From positions 5,352 to 69,351 of the forward strand of contig CAZZFS010000006.1 of assembly GCA_964653805.1 (NCBI GenBank): DNA of 64,000 nucleotides, in the 5' to 3' direction. The DNA is from an uncultured Clostridiaceae bacterium (GTDB lineage Bacteria > Bacillota > Clostridia > TANB77 > CAG-465). The translations under genes were made by a program, and so were the position numbers. Below the pieces are notes generated by a model that saw nothing but the letters and a program-made list of their open reading frames with translations, was not told the DNA's origin and made no database searches. Below, in pieces: positions 1 to 8,798 of the stretch; the stretch's first letter is position 1; every line of letters begins with the position of its first letter.

Positions 1-717
1 ATATGATTTATCTAACTCTATTTTTTTAAGACTTGATATTTTTTCTTTATTTGAAATATCATATATTTCTACAGTTGTATTACTACTTGAATAATATGTT
101 TGATTTGTATCTTCAACATACGTTATAACAACTAATTTATTATCTTTAATAAAAAAGTCCTGTGGCGTATTTGGTGGCGCTAATTGTGTTATAATTTCAA
201 CTTTACCTGTACTATCTGTTTTAGAAATAACAATATACTCATCAGATATTGAATATATATATTCACCATCTGTTTTTACAACATCTGCTTCATCTACATT
301 TTCAACTTGTACATTTGTTTTTGAGTAATCTGATGTGCTATTAGAACTACTACTTTTTTTTGTACTTTCACTAGATACTGGACTCGATGCACCAAACTCA
401 GCAAAGCCTCCATTAGTATTCATAGCATCTACTGAACTACCCATATAACCCACATCATTGTACGAGTGCCTATATAAACCATTAGTTAATGCTGAAACTG
501 GTAATGTAAATATGTTCTTTAACACTTCCTTATTTTTGTTATAAGATTTAAACATTGCCTTATATTCTTTTTCGGATTTTATAGTTGTCCATTCAACTTC
601 ATCTAAAGTTTTTGTATCTTTATTTTTATAAAAAAAATATACTATCCCTAGAACACTAACAATAATTATACAATAAACAATTAGATACTTTAAATAATTA
701 ATTTTCTTTTTTTTCAA
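1..717 (-). CDS. Secreted beta-propeller-domain protein, N-terminal part (gene continues past the window start)
   Basis: Frame is open from position 1 to TTG at 717, 6 nt after AGGTGA. K-rich N-terminus plus TM anchor, then YSKTNVQVENVDEADVVKTDGEYIYS, typical of the bacterial Beta_propel family. Missing from the ORF track (TTG start, truncated). Confidence 0.55.
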   Translation of the reverse strand, partial: MKKKKINYLKYLIVYCIIIVSVLGIVYFFYKNKDTKTLDEVEWTTIKSEKEYKAMFKSYNKNKEVLKNIFTLPVSALTNGLYRHSYNDVGYMGSSVDAMNTNGGFAEFGASSPVSSESTKKSSSSNSTSDYSKTNVQVENVDEADVVKTDGEYIYSISDEYIVISKTDSTGKVEIITQLAPPNTPQDFFIKDNKLVVITYVEDTNQTYYSSSNTTVEIYDISNKEKISSLKKIELDKSY

Positions 718-819
718 AATATCTCACCTCTCTTACAAAATTATACAATAAAAATATTTAAAGTCAATTAAAAAACAACATTTTTATAACTTTTTATATT
801 ATTTTTTTAATTTTTTTTT

Positions 820-860
820 ATAAAAAAAACTGTCAACAAATATTTAATTTGTTAACAGTT
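820..860 (-). terminator. Intrinsic terminator after the 1334->870 two-gene unit
   Basis: 13-bp inverted repeat AACTGTCAACAAA/TTTGTTAACAGTT (1 mismatch), 7-nt loop, T-run on the minus strand. Confidence 0.6.
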
Positions 861-869
861 TTAAAAAGC

Positions 870-1016
870 TCATAAAAGACTTTTTATTTCATTAATTTCA
901 AAAAGTTTTTTCTTTGTTATCTTTTCACAAATGATTTTTAAAAACATAATTTTTAAAACAACGATTAATTGTTTTATCAATTTTTTAGCCATGTGAAATT
1001 TACTATTTGTTTTCAT
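870..1016 (-). CDS. Small basic protein (48 aa), coupled to the upstream membrane protein
   Basis: ATG 8 nt after AGGAGA, which lies directly behind the stop of 1032..1334. Sequence MKTNSKFHMAKKLIKQLIVVLKIMFLKIICEKITKKKLFEINEIKSLL. Below the ORF-track size cutoff. Confidence 0.4.
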   Translation of the reverse strand: MKTNSKFHMAKKLIKQLIVVLKIMFLKIICEKITKKKLFEINEIKSLL

Positions 1017-1031
1017 TTGTTTTTTCTCCTT

Positions 1032-1334
1032 TTAATTATAAAAGTATTTTTTTAATTGTTTTACAATCTTTCGTTTACTTTTTGTTAAAACATCAAATAT
1101 AACGAATGTAAGTACATATAAAAAGACCTGAAAAGCAACAATAATAAGTATTTCTAATGATGCATTATCAATATTACCATAGATTAATAATAATCCAAAA
1201 TAATCTAAAATAACAACCATTAAAACAACCCAATTACTTATCGATTGCATACACCGATTTACTTCTTTAAAGCTTTTTGCATAAACATCATACTTTTTTG
1301 CGTTTTGCAAAATTCTGACTTCAATTAGGTGCAT
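1032..1334 (-). CDS. Small integral membrane protein (100 aa, two hydrophobic segments)
   Basis: G7 Shine-Dalgarno, 9 nt, then ATG. Hydrophobic stretches WVVLMVVILDYFGLLLIYG and ILIIVAFQVFLYVLTFVIF. One in-frame CGG (1254-1256). Confidence 0.55.
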   Translation of the reverse strand: MHLIEVRILQNAKKYDVYAKSFKEVNRCMQSISNWVVLMVVILDYFGLLLIYGNIDNASLEILIIVAFQVFLYVLTFVIFDVLTKSKRKIVKQLKKYFYN

Positions 1335-1557
1335 AATAATAATCCCCCCCTATTACATTTATTTTGCTACATTATACCACTAAATATTCATTTGTCAATA
1401 ACTATTTAGTTTAATTTGAAAATCATTATTTCTTTTTAAACTAAACTCATACACCACCATAAATTAACATAACCTTTACTTTTGTATGAAAATATGATAT
1501 AATGTATCCGGAGTTTATTTATTTACTTACTATAATAATTTTTAGGAGGATATATTT

Positions 1558-2349
1558 ATGAATATTAAACGGCAAAAAAAAGAGGTTTTGGATTTCTTAA
1601 ATGAAAGTTTTGACTATAATGCTTTCAACTGGGATGTTAACTATATTGAATTAAAAGGAAACAAAGTTTCAAACAAATGCACCAACTTTAACGGAAGGAC
1701 ATATGTTTTTTCAAAAGTAGAATTTCCAGAAAAATTTGAAATTGAAGATATGCCATACAATGCTTTTTTGAAAAAAAGAAAGTATAAATTAAAGTTAAAT
1801 GGCAACATTTACATTTTAACTTTAAACTATGCAAAAAAAACAATTTTTGAAGAAACATTAATGGCTGATTTAAAAAATTCAAATGAATTTGAAAATCTTT
1901 TTGATTTTTTGTTAGTACCTAAAGAACTTATCATAAAAAATCTTGATGGTATTGTTGTTTTTAAAACAAAAATCAAAGTTCAAATTTCAATTTTTAAAAT
2001 TCGCCAGGCATTAACGCTCATGTTAAAAGATAAGGGTGATTTAATTGAAGAGCTTTTTGAAAAAGTACATGAATTGAAAGTAAAAATTGGTAATTCAAAT
2101 CAAGGTACTAAAAACTATTTATACAAGATTTTCTTGAGCTCTGATGATTTTTTCAAACTTTTAAATTTCCCCAAAGGTGATCTTTATTTTAAAGATTACA
2201 AAGTAAGTATTGAAGAAGAAAATCAAACTTATATTTTAACGGAAGGAATTTTGAACTTGAAAATCGTATATATTCTAAAAAAAATAAGTTTTATGGATAA
2301 ATACGGAAACAAAACTACTTTAAGATGGTATAAGAGAAAATTATTTTAA
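1558..2349 (+). CDS. Hypothetical protein, paralog 1 of a tandem pair (263 aa)
   Basis: Extended -10 (TATGATATAAT), AGGAGG, 8 nt, ATG, and its own terminator. Shares RQKKE, L-x-PKE, PKG and C-terminal WY motifs with 2529..3338. In-frame CGG at codon 5. Confidence 0.7.
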   Translation: MNIKRQKKEVLDFLNESFDYNAFNWDVNYIELKGNKVSNKCTNFNGRTYVFSKVEFPEKFEIEDMPYNAFLKKRKYKLKLNGNIYILTLNYAKKTIFEETLMADLKNSNEFENLFDFLLVPKELIIKNLDGIVVFKTKIKVQISIFKIRQALTLMLKDKGDLIEELFEKVHELKVKIGNSNQGTKNYLYKIFLSSDDFFKLLNFPKGDLYFKDYKVSIEEENQTYILTEGILNLKIVYILKKISFMDKYGNKTTLRWYKRKLF

Positions 2350-2370
2350 ATAATTTCTCTGTTTCAAAAA

Positions 2371-2408
2371 AACTACTAATTCATAATTGTGAATTGGTAG
2401 TTTTTTAC
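2371..2408 (+). terminator. Intrinsic terminator of 1558..2349
   Basis: 13-bp stem AACTACTAATTCA/TGAATTGGTAGTT (one G-U), 6-nt loop, T6 run. Confidence 0.75.
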
Positions 2409-2528
2409 TTATGTAATCATATTTCCAAATTATTCGCTATTACTTTACATTTTAATATATAAATGTTATAATTTATTCCTAGACATAAATTAAGCTTAAA
2501 ACTATAATTATTTTTAGGAGGATTGCAT

Positions 2529-3338
2529 ATGGAGTTTAACCGGCAAAAAAAAGAAGAGTTGTTGCTTTTTTTAAAAGAGCATTTTGAGGATACAAATCCT
2601 ATCTTAAATTCAAACTGTATAGAAGTACAAAAAAATGTAATAAGCAATTACAAGAAATTTGACGATAATCTATATCTGGTTTTTGAACTTATATTACCAG
2701 AGATTTTCAACGGTATTTACGTTTACTACGATTCAAATAATGTTTTGAGTGAAAAAAAATATATCTTCAAGTTGGGTGAAGATAATATTTCAGCAAAAAT
2801 TATTTATTCAAAACATTCTTTTTTTGAAAAAGAATACATGTCAAAATTTGAATTCAAAAACTTGAAAAATCCAGAAAACATTTTTGAATTTATGTTGCTT
2901 CCAAAAGAGATTGTTTTTTATGATGAAAATCGCAATAAACTTTTTGCTATTGAGTTAAAAATCTTTCTGCCATTAGCAGATATCATTAGTAGTTTTAATT
3001 GTTTGAAAATTTTCAAAAAAAGATATTCGGCAATTAATGAGATTTATTCTCAAATCATAAAAAATCAAAGTACAATCTTTGAAATGAACATGAAATCATT
3101 GGATAATTTCAATTTTGAAATATTTAAACCTGTTTGTTTACTAGATATTTTTGACTTACCCAAAGGTTTATTTATATTCAATGACTTTGAAGTTGTGATT
3201 CGAACAAAACAAAAAAAATACTTTTTTAAAAGTGAAAATATTTCTATATACATAACTTACAATATAAAATATTTTCATTTCACTTCAAAAGAAGGTATAA
3301 AAAGAACCTTTAAGTGGTATTTTGTTGCACCTTATTAA
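2529..3338 (+). CDS. Hypothetical protein, paralog 2 of the tandem pair (269 aa)
   Basis: AGGAGG, 7 nt, ATG at 2529 (the track start at 2523 is TTG). Motif-level similarity to 1558..2349 along the full length. In-frame CGG at codon 5. Confidence 0.7.
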   Translation: MEFNRQKKEELLLFLKEHFEDTNPILNSNCIEVQKNVISNYKKFDDNLYLVFELILPEIFNGIYVYYDSNNVLSEKKYIFKLGEDNISAKIIYSKHSFFEKEYMSKFEFKNLKNPENIFEFMLLPKEIVFYDENRNKLFAIELKIFLPLADIISSFNCLKIFKKRYSAINEIYSQIIKNQSTIFEMNMKSLDNFNFEIFKPVCLLDIFDLPKGLFIFNDFEVVIRTKQKKYFFKSENISIYITYNIKYFHFTSKEGIKRTFKWYFVAPY

Positions 3339-3344
3339 CAAGAA

Positions 3345-3385
3345 AAATACTAATTTCATATAATTATGAAATTAGTATTTTTTTA
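3345..3385 (+). terminator. Intrinsic terminator of 2529..3338
   Basis: Perfect 16-bp stem AAATACTAATTTCATA/TATGAAATTAGTATTT, 4-nt loop, T-run. Confidence 0.8.
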
Positions 3386-3453
3386 TTTATTTTTTCACTT
3401 TTTTATTTTTTTCGTTTTTTATTTTCATTTTTTCTTCATTATTTATATTATCT

Positions 3454-5817
3454 TTAAAACTTTATAGCTCCATCTATTTGTGTTATTTTTATATTTATAT
3501 TTTTTTGTTTTAATTTGTTTAATGTTTCTTCATGAGGATGTCCAAACTTTTCTTTTTTTGCTGATATTAAACAATTTTGAACTTTTATTTTATTTAAAAA
3601 TTCTTCTGAAGTAGAAGTTTTTGAACCATGATGACCTACTTGTAATACTTCTATATTTTGAAATTTATATTCTATTTCATCTTTATTTATTTTATTTTTT
3701 TGACTATCGTTTAAATTATTTAATCTTTCAAACAATGCTTTTTCAGTTTCAATAGTTGAATCACCCATAAATAAATAATTTTTATTTTTAATTGACATTA
3801 ATATTATCAATGAATTAGAATTTATTTTATCTTTTGATTCAATTTCTTTATTATCTGGTGGACTTAAAATATTCATTTTTATATTAAAATATTCTATGCA
3901 ATCAAATTCTTCTACTTCTATTTTAGAAATATTGTATTTTTCAATTATTTCTTTAACCTGCTTAAATTCTTCTGTTACTTCCTCCTCTTCTACTTTTGGT
4001 TTACTATATAACACATTATCTATTTTTATATTTTTACTTATGCCTTCTAAACCATTTATATGATCTTCATGCATATGGGTTAATATAACTAAATCAATTT
4101 TATCCAAAGTTTTTGCTTTTAAAAAATTATTTAATACATTTTGTGCTAGATTTTTTTGTGTAGAGCCCATATCCACTACTATTATTTTTCTGTCTTTTCG
4201 AATGACAGCCATATTTCCTTGACCAACATTAAAAAACCACACATATTCTTCAAAATAAATAGTATATATATTTTGAAAAGCATATGTAAATATATATATA
4301 CATAATACTAACTTAAAAACATTCAAAATATTTTTTCTATATTTCTTTGCTATTTTGTATAAATATCTATCTTTAAAATAATATACAATAATAAAAAAAT
4401 AATATATATATACCATTACTAAACTTGGTTTTGGTATTTTAATAATCATAAAATCAAACTTTGCAAAAAGTTCTGATAATTTAATTATTATTCTTAAAAG
4501 TAAAAAATTAAGATTTAATATATAATCTGATACATATGGTACATATGTTAAAAACATTGATATATATCCTAAAATAGACTCAATAAAGACAAAAATAGAT
4601 ATTATAACATTAAAAATAATAGCTAAAACTTGAATTTCACAAAAGTAATATATTTGTAATGGTAAAATGAAAATATACACAGAAATTATTAATGAAAAGA
4701 TTTTGGAAATATTTAATATGCATAAATATTTAAACTTATTTTTATCTATATTAATTATATCAAAAAACTTCATTAATTTAACTTCAAAAAAACTAGATAT
4801 TGTTACATTATACATAATTATACCAATAAATGAAAAAAATGATAATAATAATCCTGAATTTAGTATACACCATGGATTATATAAAAACATAAAGAAAAAG
4901 GATATTAATAACTTTACATATATACTTGTTTTTATATTAATAGTTTGGAAAATCACACCTAATATAGCCATTAAACTAGCTCTTACTATAGAAAGTTCCA
5001 TTGCAGATATTATACAAAACCCATAAATTATACATATATATATTATAATTTTAACAATTTTTTTCTTTGGATTTATAAAATAAAAAAGTAACATTATAAT
5101 AGTTGCTATATTTGAACCAGATACAGATAATATATGACTTAAACCATCCTTTTGAAAATCTTCTTGTATATCTTTAGATAACTCTCTATCATCACCATAA
5201 ATCATACTTTTAAACAGAGCAGCTTCTTCTTTTGGTAGTTTTTTATCCACATTTTTACCAATATCTTCTCTAAAAAAATATGCAATTTTAAAAAATACAT
5301 TCCCCACATCTTCAGATTTTTTTTCTACCTCATAAGTTGAAAAAATACCTATTATATTTTTAGAATTCAAATAATTTTTATAATTAAATTCATATGGATT
5401 ATTTAATTTTTCTGGAATTAATAATTTACCTCTAAATTCAATTTTATCTCCATAATTAAAATTAGCGTATTTCCCAAAAAAAATATCATCGCTAATTTGC
5501 TCTTTTTCATATTTATCTTTATATATATTTAATATAAAATTATTAGAATCATATTTAGCTAAATAACTTATTTTTTCACTTGATTTATCAATGTTTCTAA
5601 TAATAAAAACATTATATCTTTTTGTATTTTCATCTGATTTATATTTAAAATTAAAGTTATATAATAAATAAATATATCTAATTAATATAATTGTTAATAA
5701 AATCACAACACTATATTTTATATATTTTTTAAAATCACTTCTTAATTTTAAAGTTAATTTTTCTTTTATTTTCTCTATATCAAAATCTACATTTATAAAC
5801 TTATTTACCATACACAT
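3454..5817 (-). CDS. comEC: DNA internalization competence protein ComEC/Rec2 with C-terminal metallo-beta-lactamase domain
   Basis: 787 aa. N-terminal OB-like region, multi-TM competence domain (SHILSVSGSNI), C-terminal MBL motif LTHMHEDHINGL. Confidence 0.88.
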   Translation of the reverse strand: MCMVNKFINVDFDIEKIKEKLTLKLRSDFKKYIKYSVVILLTIILIRYIYLLYNFNFKYKSDENTKRYNVFIIRNIDKSSEKISYLAKYDSNNFILNIYKDKYEKEQISDDIFFGKYANFNYGDKIEFRGKLLIPEKLNNPYEFNYKNYLNSKNIIGIFSTYEVEKKSEDVGNVFFKIAYFFREDIGKNVDKKLPKEEAALFKSMIYGDDRELSKDIQEDFQKDGLSHILSVSGSNIATIIMLLFYFINPKKKIVKIIIYICIIYGFCIISAMELSIVRASLMAILGVIFQTINIKTSIYVKLLISFFFMFLYNPWCILNSGLLLSFFSFIGIIMYNVTISSFFEVKLMKFFDIINIDKNKFKYLCILNISKIFSLIISVYIFILPLQIYYFCEIQVLAIIFNVIISIFVFIESILGYISMFLTYVPYVSDYILNLNFLLLRIIIKLSELFAKFDFMIIKIPKPSLVMVYIYYFFIIVYYFKDRYLYKIAKKYRKNILNVFKLVLCIYIFTYAFQNIYTIYFEEYVWFFNVGQGNMAVIRKDRKIIVVDMGSTQKNLAQNVLNNFLKAKTLDKIDLVILTHMHEDHINGLEGISKNIKIDNVLYSKPKVEEEEVTEEFKQVKEIIEKYNISKIEVEEFDCIEYFNIKMNILSPPDNKEIESKDKINSNSLIILMSIKNKNYLFMGDSTIETEKALFERLNNLNDSQKNKINKDEIEYKFQNIEVLQVGHHGSKTSTSEEFLNKIKVQNCLISAKKEKFGHPHEETLNKLKQKNINIKITQIDGAIKF

Positions 5818-5904
5818 ATCTTAACAAAATAATTCTTAATAAACAAGTAATTTAAACTTCATTTATTTGTCTAGTTTTGTCGCTTAAGTTACATCAAAAT
5901 TTAA

Positions 5905-5943
5905 AATAAAAAAAACTTATTTAACAATACAGTTAAATAAGTT
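5905..5943 (-). terminator. Intrinsic terminator of 5951..6472
   Basis: Perfect 12-bp stem AACTTATTTAAC/GTTAAATAAGTT, 6-nt loop, T8 run on the minus strand. Confidence 0.75.
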
Positions 5944-5950
5944 TTTTAAG

Positions 5951-6472
5951 TTATAAATACGATTTACTCATTTCCATTTGAACGAGTTCTTTGTAATATT
6001 TTGTTTCGCCCTTTGTTGAATATTCTTTTTCAGTTTGGTAATTACCATTTGATTTTAAATATTCACTTGAAATTTCAATGTCTGGTAAATAGCCGAGAAA
6101 TTGATATGCTACATCTATTTGAATCTTCAACATTAATGTTGTATCATATACAACATCATCAACAACTACCCAAGCATGTTCAGCAGCATTTGAAATAGAA
6201 GAATCTTTTAGAAGATCACATTTTCCCTTTTTAACCAAAACAAACTCTTCATCAAATAAATATGATAAAGTTTGAGCAGATAAAGCACTTTTTTTAATAT
6301 TCATTCCCATTCCGAATATTTTAAAAAAATTACCAATTCCAAAAACATTCATGTTCTTGATTTTCTCAAGTAGTTCTTCATCAAAAGAAACCACAGTACC
6401 ATTTTTCACATGTGTTTTTAACCGCTCCTTAATTACTTTTTCATTTCTAAGTTCGTAACTAGGTAAATTCAT
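5951..6472 (-). CDS. Hypothetical protein (173 aa) with a possible Cys-His-Asp motif
   Basis: AGGAGG, 9 nt, second ATG (6472). GKCDLL...AEHAWVVVDDVVYDTT loosely recalls transglutaminase/papain-like cores, but the spacing is atypical. In-frame CGG (6422-6424). Own terminator. Confidence 0.55.
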   Translation of the reverse strand: MNLPSYELRNEKVIKERLKTHVKNGTVVSFDEELLEKIKNMNVFGIGNFFKIFGMGMNIKKSALSAQTLSYLFDEEFVLVKKGKCDLLKDSSISNAAEHAWVVVDDVVYDTTLMLKIQIDVAYQFLGYLPDIEISSEYLKSNGNYQTEKEYSTKGETKYYKELVQMEMSKSYL

Positions 6473-6690
6473 TTTAGTCATCCTCCTAAAGTTTTTTTAG
6501 ATTTAATATTTTATTATGTATACATTATATCATATATCATCTTATTTTTCTAGTTTTTATATTACTTTTTATATTATTTTTTATAAAAAAGCAAAATATT
6601 ATTTTATAAATTTATATTTTTTATAAATTTATACTAATTATTAAGTTTTACAAGCTATATCTTTTTTCACCCATTTTTCACTTTATCTTC

Positions 6691-6719
6691 TTGACTATTA
6701 CTTACTTTAGTTATATACT
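6691..6719 (+). promoter_or_regulatory. Sigma-A-type promoter of the por operon
   Basis: TTGACT, 17 nt, TATACT, ending about 27 nt before the porG start. Confidence 0.55.
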
Positions 6720-6745
6720 ATTATGTATATAAAGGAGGTATATTT

Positions 6746-7327
6746 ATGATAGAAATAAGATGGCATGGTAGAGGTGGTCAAGGTGCAAAAACAGCATCAT
6801 TACTACTTGCAGATGCTGCATTTAATACTGGAAACTATATTCAAGGTTTCCCAGAATATGGACCTGAAAGAATGGGCGCTCCAATAACAGCATATAACCG
6901 TATAAGTAAAACACCTATACGTATGCATTCAAATATATATGAACCTGATTTTGTTGTTATAGTTGATGATTCATTAATCGGTACTGTAGATTTAACAAAA
7001 GGTTTAAAAAAAGAAGGTGCAATACTAATAAATAGTAATAAATCGCCAAAAGAAATTAAAGAAAAGTTAAATGATTTTTCAGGTAGAATTTACGTAATAG
7101 ATGCATCAAAAATAAGTAGAGAATGTCTAAAAGCAAATTTTCCAAACACTGCTCTACTTGCTGCAATAGTTAATATAACTGGTATAATGACAAAAGAAGA
7201 TTTATTAACAAATATGGCAGAATCTTTTAAACATAAATTTGCATCAAAACCTGATGTTATAGAACCTAATATGTTAGCTATTACTAGAGGATTTGATGAA
7301 GTAACAGGAGGAGATTTAAATGAGTAA
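6746..7327 (+). CDS. porG: Pyruvate/2-oxoacid:ferredoxin oxidoreductase, gamma subunit
   Basis: IRWHGRGGQGAKTASLLLADAA N-terminus is typical of gamma subunits. First gene of a tightly packed four-gene operon. Confidence 0.85.
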   Translation: MIEIRWHGRGGQGAKTASLLLADAAFNTGNYIQGFPEYGPERMGAPITAYNRISKTPIRMHSNIYEPDFVVIVDDSLIGTVDLTKGLKKEGAILINSNKSPKEIKEKLNDFSGRIYVIDASKISRECLKANFPNTALLAAIVNITGIMTKEDLLTNMAESFKHKFASKPDVIEPNMLAITRGFDEVTGGDLNE

Positions 7328-7586
7328 AGAATTTGGACTTGGAGCTTCTATATTAAAAGATGGAAACTCTAAAAAATTTAAAACTGGTGATTGGAAAGTA
7401 AAATATCCAATACATGATAAAGAAAAATGTAAAAACTGTATGTTATGCGTTCCATATTGCCCAGAAGATTGTATATTATATAAAGATGATAAATTAGAAG
7501 GAATGGATTTAGACTTTTGCAAAGGTTGTGGGATTTGTGCAAAAGTATGTCCTTTCGGCGCAATTGAAATGAAATCAAAAGAATAA
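7320..7586 (+). CDS. porD: Pyruvate/2-oxoacid:ferredoxin oxidoreductase, delta (2x[4Fe-4S]) subunit
   Basis: Two ferredoxin cluster motifs (CKNCMLCVPYCP and CKGCGICAKVCP). Overlaps the porG stop by 8 nt. Confidence 0.85.
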   Translation: MSKEFGLGASILKDGNSKKFKTGDWKVKYPIHDKEKCKNCMLCVPYCPEDCILYKDDKLEGMDLDFCKGCGICAKVCPFGAIEMKSKE

Positions 7587-7603
7587 TAGAAAGGAGAATA
7601 TAT

Positions 7604-8797
7604 ATGTCAATTAGAGAAAGATTAAGCGGAAATGAGGCAGTTGCAACTGCCATGAAACAAATAAATCCTGATACAATGGCGGCCTACCCTATTACACCAT
7701 CAACAGAAATACCGCAATATTTTGCAGACTTTGTTGCAAATGGTTTAGTTACAACTGAATTTATTCCAGTTGAAAGTGAACATAGTGCAATGGCAGCATG
7801 TATTGGTGCTTCAGCAGCTGGTGGTAGAGTTATGAGTGCTACTTCTTCACAAGGACTTGCACTTATGTTTGAAATGCTAAATATAGCATCTGGAATGAGA
7901 TTACCTATAGTATTAATATGTGCAAATAGAGCAATATCTGCTCCACTAAATATACACAATGATCACTCAGATTCAATGGGTGTTAGAGATGTTGGATTTA
8001 TCCAATTATATTGTGAAAATAATCAAGAAGCCTATGACAATACAATAATGGCTATAAAAATAGCTGAAAAAGTAAAATTACCTGTTATGGTTTGTTATGA
8101 TGGATTTATAACATCACATTCAGTTGAAAATATTACATTGCTTGAAAATGAAGAAGTTAAAAATTTCATTGGTGAATATCAACCTGATGAATATTTATTA
8201 GATCCAACAAGAAATATTTCTATGGGACCTTTAGATTTACAAGCATACTTCTTTGAACACAGAATCGAAGTAGCAGATGCTATGGAATATGCAAAAGAAG
8301 TTATACTTGAAGTTTCAGAAGAATTTGCAAAAATAACTGGTAGAAAATATGATTTATATGAAAAATATAAACTAGATGATGCAGAAATCGGAATTGTAAT
8401 ATTAAATTCTTCTGCTGGTACTGCAAAAGATACTATAGATAGTTTAAGAGAAAAAGGAATAAAAGCAGGATTATTAAAACCTAGAGCATTTAGACCACTA
8501 CCTTGGACTGAAATACCAAATGAATTAAAACATTTAAAAGCTTTAGCAATAATGGATAAAGCAGATAGTATAAATGCATATAGCGGTCCTCTATTTTCAG
8601 AAATAACATCTGCTATGTTTAGTACTAATACTTTTGTACCAACAATAAATTATGTTTATGGATTAGGTGGATTTGATGTAAAATCAACTGATTTTGAAAC
8701 GGTATATGAAAAATTACAAGAAATCGCAAAAACAGGCAAAATAGATAAAGTAAAAAACTATTTAGGCATTGATTTAAAAGCAAAGGAGGAAAATTAA
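7604..8797 (+). CDS. porA: Pyruvate/2-oxoacid:ferredoxin oxidoreductase, alpha subunit
   Basis: 397 aa. GNEAVATAMKQINPD..AAYPITPSTEI N-terminus is characteristic of alpha subunits. Confidence 0.88.
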   Translation: MSIRERLSGNEAVATAMKQINPDTMAAYPITPSTEIPQYFADFVANGLVTTEFIPVESEHSAMAACIGASAAGGRVMSATSSQGLALMFEMLNIASGMRLPIVLICANRAISAPLNIHNDHSDSMGVRDVGFIQLYCENNQEAYDNTIMAIKIAEKVKLPVMVCYDGFITSHSVENITLLENEEVKNFIGEYQPDEYLLDPTRNISMGPLDLQAYFFEHRIEVADAMEYAKEVILEVSEEFAKITGRKYDLYEKYKLDDAEIGIVILNSSAGTAKDTIDSLREKGIKAGLLKPRAFRPLPWTEIPNELKHLKALAIMDKADSINAYSGPLFSEITSAMFSTNTFVPTINYVYGLGGFDVKSTDFETVYEKLQEIAKTGKIDKVKNYLGIDLKAKEEN

Positions 8798-8798
8798 T

